Notes under the pieces: generated by a model
Database searches by the model: none
Told to the model about the DNA's origin: nothing
What the model saw: the letters and a program-made list of their open reading frames with translations, nothing else
Origin: Octopus sinensis
Lineage: Eukaryota
Direction: 5' to 3'
Assembly: GCF_006345805.1 (NCBI RefSeq)
Contig: NW_021826459.1
Location: 1 to 12,733 of the forward strand
DNA length: 12,733 nt
Part shown: positions 1-7,694 of the stretch, in pieces
Layout of the letters: the number at the start of each line of letters is the position of its first letter
Numbering within the stretch: the first letter of the stretch is position 1
Translations under genes and position numbers: made by a program

Positions 1-116
1 GTGTAAACCCGTATATACAAGTATGCTGAGAAATTAACTAACGGACTAGACTGGTCATAAGAACTATCCATGGTAGTTCAACACATCAACTTTACTACAT
101 AGAGTAAGCTGATGCG

Positions 117-119
117 ATA

Positions 120-156
<37 letters not shown>
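117..156. repeat. (AT)n microsatellite
   Basis: Near-perfect AT dinucleotide run. Confidence 0.95.
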
Positions 157-159
<3 letters not shown>

Positions 160-1040
160 AAACAATATAATAAATAAAACAATATAATAAATAAAACATA
201 TGCATATATACATACATATATGTACATACTTACATCTATATGTATATATACATGCATATGTGTACAGGACACCACAAATAAACGTAGAACACAACAAGAA
301 ACGAAAACAAAATCAAACAAGGAAACGAACTTTGTTTTAACAACGAAAGAACAGAGTACAGGACAAACAATACAAGGAAAATTCCCCTTCATCAGCTGCC
401 TCTGGTTCGACTCAATGCGTGTTTCGAAGGTAAGGGCAGAACACGACCCGGCCGAAGCAGGCCTTCCTCCAAAAGGAATTAAATATAATTATTTTGCAGA
501 GTGGTAAAACAAGTGACAAGAACAAGACGTAAAAGCAATACAAATGAAGAAAAAACAGTAGAAAAAAACAGTACAAATAAAGAATAACAGGACAAGGAAA
601 CCAACAATAAGGGCTTTTTTTAAGCCTAGATGGTGAAAAAATTAGTTAGAACGCATGTGAAAAATCGGCTTGCGGAAGACAGAGAAGTCGATGTTGGCCT
701 GTTGAAAGCACGGGCAAAATGAAAGTTTAGTAGCACTCCGGTCAACGGCCAGAGAGAGGAGGAGGAGTGAGAGAGAGAGAGAGAGGAAAAGAAACCAGAA
801 AGGGTAAAAAATTAGCAGGAGAGAGACAGATAGAGAGGAAAACAGACAGGTAGAAAGGAAGACAGACAGGCAGGGAGGAAAGGTCAAGTAAAGAGTAAGA
901 GTGCGCGTCATGATTATTCAAATAAAAACTTACATGGAGAAGAGAAAACAACACGTGCGTTCGGTCATATAATAACAATATAATAATAAAACATATGCAA
1001 TATATATATATATCTATAATATATATATATATATATATAC
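160..1040. mobile_element. Probable non-autonomous repeat relic bracketed by a 26-27 bp direct repeat (Penelope-terminal-like, family unassigned)
   Basis: AACAATATAATAAATAAAACATATGCA (178-204) recurs as AACAATATAAT-AATAAAACATATGCA (974-999), each followed by (AT)n. The interior is strongly A/G-skewed on +, has a (GA)n stretch near 769-785, and carries minus-strand CTGATGA (395-389) and GAAAC (425-421). The family call is inference. Confidence 0.3.
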
Positions 1041-1288
1041 AAGCGATAGACGTACTCTTGAGGTTACTACTTATGATATGCTTTAAGGAATCAATGAGCA
1101 CATATCAAAGTAAATTCAAAGAAGAAAGTAGAAAATACAGTAAAGTCAGAAAACTTGAAACAAGATCTAAAAATATAACCAAAATTCAAAGCATCAGAAT
1201 ATGTAAAAGTCAAAAATGATACAGGATTATCAAAGAGATTCAAAACGATATGTGCGAACTAAGACAGAACTATTTTCTAAGTTATATA

Positions 1289-1408
1289 TGTGTGTGTGTG
1301 TGTGTGTGTGTATTAATATATACATACACACACATACCCATACACATCCCCATTCACACACATATATACACACATATATTTACATATATATACTACATAT
1401 ATATATAT
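1289..1408. repeat. Compound (TG)n followed by degenerate (CA)/(TA)n microsatellite
   Basis: (TG)n at about 1289-1311, then degenerate CA/TA repeats. Confidence 0.9.
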
Positions 1409-1420
1409 TTTTTTTTAAAT

Positions 1421-1612
1421 GTGACCTCGTGTGTACCGTTGGAGATTTTTTTCCCGTCTTCCCTTCTCTGTATCTTTCCTTCTCCTATGTTTCCGACAAA
1501 GAGCTCGAAACGTTAAACCCACCTTCTTTCCTTCTTTCCTGAGCGTCCAATAATACTATATTTGTACCACGTCCTCGCGTTGTTGTATTTTTTTGTGCTT
1601 TCATGTTTGGAT
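1421..1612 (+). mobile_element. Dispersed repeat copy A, Penelope-like terminal (pLTR-type) relic
   Basis: Aligns by eye with 3655-3830. Shared blocks: GTTGG(A/C)GATTT, TGTTTC(C/T)GA, AAGAG, TCGAAACGT(T/A)AAAC, CTGAGCGTC, AATACT, TGTACCACGTCCTCG(C/T)GTTG. Contains a hammerhead-like motif, an established hallmark of Penelope-like element termini. Confidence 0.55.
1489..1518 (+). ncRNA. Degenerate minimal type I hammerhead ribozyme (probably inactive)
   Basis: GTTT-CCGACAA-A-GAGCTC-GAAAC-GT-T-AAAC. Stem I GUUU/AAAC and GAAAC are intact; the core CUGANGA has two substitutions, stem II has collapsed to a loopless palindrome, and the triplet is GUU. Confidence 0.35.
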
Positions 1613-1622
1613 TAACTTTACA

Positions 1623-1626
<4 letters not shown>

Positions 1627-1670
<44 letters not shown>
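1627..1670. repeat. (AT)n microsatellite
   Basis: Perfect AT run. Confidence 0.95.
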
Positions 1671-1673
<3 letters not shown>

Positions 1674-2810
1674 TATATATAGAGGGCATAATTATACATA
1701 CATGCCGGAGGATTATAATACCTGCCAAACCTATATATATATATATGCACAAACGCACACACATTCTTTTATGATTTCGTCTTTTGTGTTAATGACTGGA
1801 ATGGGGCCAAGCTAGTGTAACCAATTTCAGGTGATGGAATCAACCAGTTCATATTTAATGTCTGGAATTGAATGTATTTGCCATGCTTGCGAAACGAACC
1901 GCTGTCACAGAGAATAAGCATCAGCCTGAAAACAGAACAGTTTTATTGCATGGGGACACGCTGACCGTTTATTGAAGGGCTGCAGTTAGTAAATAATACT
2001 GCATGCCCCAGCACACCGATTTGCCCAGGGGCAGTGACGCCAAGACACATCAGCTTGGAACTACAATAAAAGACATAACTCAAAGTCCTGCAGCATCTTA
2101 TAAAACATTATGTTGTTTAATAATCTTATAGCCATGCAAATAAAACCTTCATGCATAACTTTCAATTCCAAAGTTTCATAGTATAAAATCCAGCATAAAA
2201 TTCTTTATATACTTTATGTAAACTCATGTTGATATATTTAAACTTTAGCACCGAAAATTTATAGACTCTTTCCCGTCCATTGTGCAACTTTTTCATACTT
2301 TTATAATATTTATGGTGATACTAATATACTGATGCGACATGATACGTCGTTTGTATTATTCTTTTTTTATCACCTTCATTAATACCACGTGTCCTAAGCG
2401 CTGGTGTTTTACGTCTCGATTATAAAACTTCTTTATTACCACCTTTACAAATATATTGATTGAGACAATGATATCAACAACAAAAGACGGCGTTGTTTAT
2501 GTTTTAACGACTCTGATGGCAATAATAAATCAATTATGATTAAACATAATGTTTGGTGTGTCTGTAATACCAATAAGATTTCTTCAGATCGCTTTACGTT
2601 TTGTATGAATGATCATTCTTCCTGGTATCTCTAATTGATTTGGTATTGTATAGCGCGTCGTTCGGACATCAGCCATTTTGTTGCCTCGGCTGTATTATGT
2701 AACCGTTGTTTTTATTACGCTCACTTAAGCAGACGATAATATCAAAGACACGTACGTATTCGTGGATATGTACGTACGTATTATTGTTCACTAACGCATT
2801 ACAGAATATA

Positions 2811-2812
<2 letters not shown>

Positions 2813-2901
<89 letters not shown>

Positions 2902-2906
2902 TATAT
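2813..2906. repeat. Long (AT)n microsatellite
   Basis: About 90 bp AT run with minor interruptions. Confidence 0.95.
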
Positions 2907-3020
2907 CTGGCTTTAAATATAAAAGTTTTCTAAAATATATATCCGCAAGAAAGAATTCAGTTATTATCCTTCTGCTTAATGACAAATTGTTACTATAACT
3001 TGATACAATACCAAATATTA

Positions 3021-3022
<2 letters not shown>

Positions 3023-3057
<35 letters not shown>
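3023..3057. repeat. (TG)n microsatellite
   Basis: Perfect TG run. Confidence 0.95.
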
Positions 3058-3058
<1 letters not shown>

Positions 3059-3085
3059 CATACATATATATATAAATTATCATAA

Positions 3086-3508
3086 GTAATATAAAAACAA
3101 GATGATGTCGCAAGCTTGCAGCAGGACCTGAATTCAATATACAAGTGGGCCGAAATAAACAACATGCAGTTTAATTTTGAGAAATTTCAAGCACTGCACT
3201 ATCCACTCACGAATGCACTACAGCCTGCATATAAAGGACCCAAAGGCACTACAATCCCCAAGTCACAGGCAGTGAGAAACTTGGGGATCAATATGTTCAA
3301 TAATGCCATCATTTTATATGCACATTACCAAGATTGTAGCAAAGTGCATACAACTGGCCGGATGGATACTGAAGTCCTTCAAGACCATAAATCTGACCCT
3401 GTGGGGAAAATTTGTTCTCAGCCGCTTGGATTGCTGCTCCCCGTTATGGTCACCACATAGTGCCAAACTAACAGCGGAGCTTGAGGCAGTGCTATGCCAC
3501 CACACACG
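3086..3508 (+). mobile_element. Decayed CR1-type LINE ORF2 fragment (RT C-terminal/thumb region), truncated at both ends
   Basis: LQQDLNSIYKWAEINNMQFNFEKFQALHY...VRNLGINM, frameshift near 3305, then FYMHITKIVAKCIQLAGWILKSF...LSRLDCCSPLWSPHSAKLTAELEAV. Colinear with the RT at 5304-5936 (LQCELDEIYKWAEKDSMQFNAEKFQALYY...VRDLGIHM...LSHFDYCSQLWSPSSVKLITELEAI). Confidence 0.85.
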
Positions 3509-3654
3509 CGCACTCAGTTACTGCCACACTCACACATGCTATTACACAAACGAGCGCACACATACCCACACATACAAACAGATACCTCCTTCTCTTAGAA
3601 AGAACTTTTTATTCGTCCATTCCTTCCGGTTATTTCAAAACGCAACTACATGAG

Positions 3655-3830
3655 GATTGTTGGCGATTTCTCTCCTGCATCTTCTTTTTCTCTTGGACTT
3701 TCTTCTGTCTCCTGTTTCTGAAGAAGAGTTTTGTTCGAAACGTAAAACACCCTTTCTTTCATTCTCTGAGCGTCTTTAAATACTTTGCATGTACCACGTC
3801 CTCGTGTTGCTTTTTCTTGTGATTTTTCTT
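3655..3830 (+). mobile_element. Dispersed repeat copy B, Penelope-like terminal (pLTR-type) relic
   Basis: Homologous to 1421-1612 and carries the intact hammerhead motif at 3713-3749. No PLE RT or GIY-YIG ORF is seen in the window. Confidence 0.6.
3713..3749 (+). ncRNA. Minimal type I hammerhead ribozyme
   Basis: Stem I UGUUU (3713-3717)/AAACA (3745-3749); core CUGAAGA (3718-3724); extra A3725; stem II GAG-UUUUG-UUC (3726-3736); GAAA (3737-3740); loopless palindromic stem III ACGU (3740-3743); GUA triplet with predicted cut 3' of A3744. Confidence 0.7.
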
Positions 3831-3837
3831 CCTTTCT

Positions 3838-3882
3838 TTGGCTGCAATCAAACCACTGAAATAAGTAAAAGAATAAAAGAAT
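3838..3882 (+). mobile_element. Isolated SINE/LINE-type 3' tail remnant
   Basis: TGGCTGCAATCAAACCACTGAAATAAGTAAAAGAATAAAAGAA matches the tail of the SINE at 12033-12103 read on minus (TGGCCGCAGTCAAATGAATGAAACAAGTAAAAGAATAAAAGAA). Confidence 0.55.
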
Positions 3883-3990
3883 ATATATATATATATATAT
3901 TCAATGACCGAATTTGGGTCGGTCGATTCGTATGGCACTATGCACCTGTTCTTGAGAAATTTTAAATATTTAATTCTTACCTGTATTCAC

Positions 3991-4052
3991 TTGATGAAAA
4001 TAATTTGGTTTGCGTCAACAAAAAAAAAACACATTTGAAACAGCTGTAAGAA
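3991..4052 (+). ncRNA. Degenerate hammerhead-like motif with long stem II
   Basis: TTGATGA (3991-3997, one change from CUGAUGA), AAAT...ATTT closing a long stem II, GAAAC at 4037, perfect palindrome ACAGCTGT (4040-4047), GUA triplet. Stem I does not pair flush. Confidence 0.4.
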
Positions 4053-4336
4053 ACCACAATACATCTTTCGTTATTTGTTTATTCTTGACTGTATAGTACC
4101 CACATGCAACGAGTGAGAACAAAATGCCAAGGAGAATTCAATATATCTAGAGGGATAGCTTTTTTAACACCAATCACCTGAAGTGGCGCAGCCTGCACTG
4201 ATTGAGGAAACACAAGTACATTCACAATATCCTACCCCTAAGGCATAGCTGCAGAATGGGTCGACACGATAGTCGTGCTGAATAAAGATTCGAACTAAAT
4301 CCGTCTTCTTCCACTTCCTTCATCAATTATATATGC

Positions 4337-4337
<1 letters not shown>

Positions 4338-4406
<69 letters not shown>
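4338..4406. repeat. (AT)n microsatellite
   Basis: Perfect AT run, followed by short (CT)/(GT) repeats. Confidence 0.95.
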
Positions 4407-4409
<3 letters not shown>

Positions 4410-4523
4410 TATGTTTGTGCGTTTCTCTCTCTGTGTGTGCGTGCATGTGTGTGTGTGAATGAGAAAAAGAGAAAAATCAAGAAATTGACTTGAAGACATC
4501 AGTTTATTTAAAGATATTCAAAT

Positions 4524-4652
4524 CCATTTAATGAAATTCCAGTCCTACAGCCGTTTCTATATCCAATTAATCCAATTATTAAATTGGATTAAATTAAATT
4601 AAATTAATTTGAATTTTCATGTTGAAACTGGTCGATTTGGATTTCATCATGG
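4524..4652. repeat. Imperfect inverted repeat with a perfect 11-bp palindromic apex
   Basis: TTAATCCAATT (4567-4577)-ATTA-AATTGGATTAA (4582-4592). Outer arms share GAAAC..GTH and TGGA(A)TTTCAT..ATGG (4524-4557 on minus vs 4624-4652 on plus). Confidence 0.55.
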
Positions 4653-4842
4653 AAGAATTAATTTTCCAAAAGAGAGTCACATTTTCACGTGTTAGTTGAC
4701 CAGCGACTCACTCACATGTTTTCGTTTTAGAATATATGGGTTGTTTTTATAAAAATCGTTACTTTCATATATATACGTATAAACATATGTACATATATAC
4801 ATATAAACATATATATATACACACGTGTATATATGTATATAT

Positions 4843-5940
4843 GATTTGATTTTGATTTTGATTTTTCCAGTTTCAGCTAATGAGCTGTGGCCATGCTGGG
4901 GCACCGCCATTTGGTTTGCTACACGGTTTTACCTCACGGATGCTTTTTAGCAAACGCCATCTGATGCATGAGAGAGTTCGATGCAGCTGCCCTCATCTGC
5001 ACCTCCTGCCGTGAAGTTGGTTCATCCGGGACACCTGACAGGAAGAGATCCAGTCCTACTTTAAAGACATCCGCATCTACACCATGCAGGTCCCTCAGGT
5101 TCTTCGGGAGGATATTGAAGAGCCGTGGGCCTCTGAAGCCCAGGCTATCACAATATCTTGTCCTACATCTTGATGGCAAATTTGGAGTCCTTGGTACTAC
5201 GCAGTGGCGTCCGGTTCTGGCATTTGTGTGACTCTCGATGCCAAAGTCTGGGACAAGACCTTCCAGGATCTTCCAGATATATATTATGGCATATCTTTCT
5301 CGTCTACGCTCCAGGGAATAGAGCTTTAATCTCTTGAGTCTCTCCCAGTAGCTGCACAGAGGCTATCTTCTTCGTGTAGCTTCGTTGGATCGCCTCAAGT
5401 TCTGTGATCAACTTGACACTGGATGGTGACCATAGCTGAGAGCAATAGTCAAAGTGGCTTAGGACAAGTGTCTTCCAGAGGACCATCATGGTTTCTTGTT
5501 CTCTTGTTCTAAAGGTTCTAAGAATGCAGCCAGCCAGCCGTCTACATTTCATTGTCAGTTTAGCAACATGTACATGAAAGGTTGCGTCATCACTCATGTG
5601 AATACCCAGGTCACGCACTGATTGTGCCTCTGGGATTGCAATCCCTCCGGGTCCAGTGTATTCATTGGGTATTGCATTCAGTTTTGCATGCTGATAGTAT
5701 AAAGCTTGAAACTTTTCAGCATTGAACTGCATGCTATCCTTTTCAGCCCACTTGTATATTTCGTCCAGCTCACATTGCAGGTGCTTAGTGTCCTCAGGGT
5801 TCTGTATTGCCTGTGAAACTTTTGTATCATCTGCATAACTTGTGATCGTGGCTCTCTGCGTGGCTGAGGGCATGTCTGAGAGGGCCATTATGAACAGTAG
5901 TGGTCCCAAAACAGTGCCCTGCGGAACACCGCTCACTATA
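4843..5940 (-). mobile_element. 5'-truncated CR1-type LINE, about 1.1 kb, with intact 3' UTR and (AATCAA)n-type tail
   Basis: RT coding region 5936-4934, about 90 nt of 3' UTR, then AAAATCAAAATCAAAATCAAATC (4866-4843). The 5' end breaks just before GVPQG into an (AT)n array; both flanks are AT microsatellite. Confidence 0.92.
4934..5936 (-). pseudogene. LINE ORF2 reverse transcriptase C-terminal part with a single frameshift at about 5351
   Basis: [18 protein letters not shown] (5837-5823), DLGI, LWSP. After skipping C5351 the frame continues YWERLKRLKLYSLERRRERYAIIYIWKILEGLVP...FNILPKNLRD...LDLFLSGVPDEP to TGA at 4936-4934; these motifs are typical of CR1-group LINEs. Confidence 0.88.
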
Positions 5941-6066
5941 TATATATATATATATTATATATATACATATATATATATTATATATATACATATATATATA
6001 CATATATACAACATACATACATTCATACATGCAAACATACATACATATAAGCATAATACATAACTG

Positions 6067-6093
<27 letters not shown>
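5937..6093. repeat. Compound (AT)n/(ATAC)n microsatellite
   Basis: Degenerate AT and ATAC repeats. Confidence 0.92.
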
Positions 6094-6100
<7 letters not shown>

Positions 6101-6170
6101 TCCGTGCAGCTTTTGGATTTGTGTTAGTGTTTACTGCTTGATGGGCGGTTTAAGTCTTAATATTATTAAA

Positions 6171-6310
6171 GATTTCGCAGAAAAGACCGACAGCATGAGC
6201 ATCATTCTTCGAAATAACAATTATTGAATTTCATTCGAGCGACTAAAACTCTCAATACGGCAACATAACATGGACGCAGCCCAATGATTGAAACAAGTAA
6301 AATAATAATA
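6171..6310 (+). mobile_element. Old 3'-half copy of the SINE family at 12033-12450
   Basis: GATTTCGCAGAAAAGACCGACAGCATGAG...CGACTAAA...CATGGACGCAGCCCAATGATTGAAACAAGTAAAA aligns with the minus strand of 12033-12185 (GGTTCGGCAAAAGAGACTGATAGAATAAG...CGACTAAA...CATGGCCGCAGTCAAATGAATGAAACAAGTAAAA). Confidence 0.6.
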
Positions 6311-7226
6311 GAAAAGTCTAAAGAAATGTCTATCTAAGACTACACCATCATATATATATACATAAGTTTTTGTTTAAATAATTTTCTAGTGAATATGTTA
6401 TCTCGTGGATATGTAGTCGGAGACGGGTTGCTGTAGCGCAAATGATTGCTTCGAGATTTCCTTATATAATTTCTTGAACTATGGTTGGAATATATCGCTT
6501 TCTAAAGATTACTTATTGTATTTTATATTAGCTTGAATTTGTAGATTTAAAGACATTTTTTTCTATTTTCTTATTTGCTGTGTCTCAGACACATACATCT
6601 TCAATACTATGGCGTCGTACATCCATTAGAAACTTTATTGCTGCCTTTAACGTTGAATATACACTTTTCATGATTTCATGCTTCGGTTCGACATCTTGAC
6701 ATCCGACATTTATTATTAAAGAAACGGCAATCTAATCGTATTTATATCTTACAATATTTTTTTATGAGGTCGTTATTTGCTGTCTTGCCCTTCTATTGAT
6801 TTTTCTTTTTTTTTTTTTTTCAAAATGTGAAGTGAAATAATAAAGAGATTTTATATACAAAATCTTTGTGTGAATGTTATTACCATACTTACGGAATTAA
6901 GGAATAATCATTCGTTTATTTGGTCGTGTATAATGTGATTCCCCAATAGATCTCCGTCGAAACGAGCTCATTGACGAATCTAAGGCCATTCGAAATGTCA
7001 TAAAGCGTTGTTTATCCAACATCAGTGATGTTATTTTTGTCTTTCATAACTATTTATTTCGTATGTGCACATAACTGCTTACACGCATCCGAGTATTTAT
7101 TGTTTATCTGGTGCTTACTGAATTATTACTAATAATATAAATAAATTCATATCATTTATAGTTCTTAAATATTGTTGCAAGCTAAATTACACAATTGCTA
7201 TACGCCCCCACGCACAAACTCCGCAC

Positions 7227-7250
7227 TCACACACACACACACACACACTC
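7227..7250. repeat. (CA)n microsatellite
   Basis: Short CA run. Confidence 0.9.
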
Positions 7251-7446
7251 ATACCAATTTATTCAAGAACCGTTCTACAAAGGTTCAAATACATTTGTTC
7301 TGCTTATATTCTTTCAAAGAAATACTGAAATACGCTGATTTCTCCAAGAAATGCTTTCAACACAAAGCAGCAGATACATTGGAATATATTATGCTGTATC
7401 ACCGGAAGATCATTACACCAAAACCACAGGTTCTATTTCACTTCTT

Positions 7447-7694
7447 TTATGATTACTAGTCAACTAGTTAGCCATTTAACTAAGTTAATGAACAATTGCT
7501 TGGTTAATAGTTCCGTAAATCGAATGAGTCATTCAGCCATTTGTGACCTCATCAATGATATTGGATGATGATGCGATCGCAAATAATAACGAAAGAACTT
7601 TGACAAATTTAGCTTAATTATTTCAGCTAACGATTAATCAAACAATCGATAAGTTAAGTGGCTAAATGTTTAACTAGTTAAATAGTAATTATAA
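7447..7694. mobile_element. Degenerate MITE-like fold-back element, about 250 bp
   Basis: Three colinear inverted blocks: 7447-7469 vs 7672-7694 (20/23 identical), 7470-7481 vs 7652-7663 (11/12), 7495-7512 vs 7629-7646 (15/18). No coding capacity; TSD not resolved. Confidence 0.6.

Noticed and set aside
385-432. Minus-strand GAAAC...GTC...CTGATGA as a type II hammerhead
   Set aside because: Core words are present in permuted order, but the segment that should form stem I (GAACCAGAGGCAG) cannot pair, stem III has a mismatch, and stem II needs two G-U pairs.
1140-1281. Faint RT-like peptide (SEYVKVKNDTGLSKRFKT / LRQNYFLS, resembling VRVNG.LS..F....GLRQG..LSP)
   Set aside because: Needs two frameshifts and lacks the key G and P residues; cannot be supported without a profile search.
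2760-2772. 13-mer TCGTGGATATGTA repeated at 6403-6415
   Set aside because: Flanks do not align, and about one such match is expected by chance in a window of this size.
3981-4043. 63-bp minus-strand exon with TTACAG acceptor and CAG|GTAAGA donor
   Set aside because: Both signals are the two arms of the TTCTTAC/GTAAGAA inverted repeat in the hammerhead-like relic, and the interior contains a T10 run.
4285-4326. Minus-strand TTGATGA...CGAATC as a hammerhead
   Set aside because: Two core mismatches and no stem I or stem III pairing.
6589-6699. Strong polypyrimidine acceptor followed by 36 open codons
   Set aside because: No convincing donor before the stop and no recognisable homology.
6971-7003. 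TTGACGA...GAAATGTC hammerhead-like motif
   Set aside because: C3 is changed, stem II is not closed and stem I is unpaired; compatible with chance.
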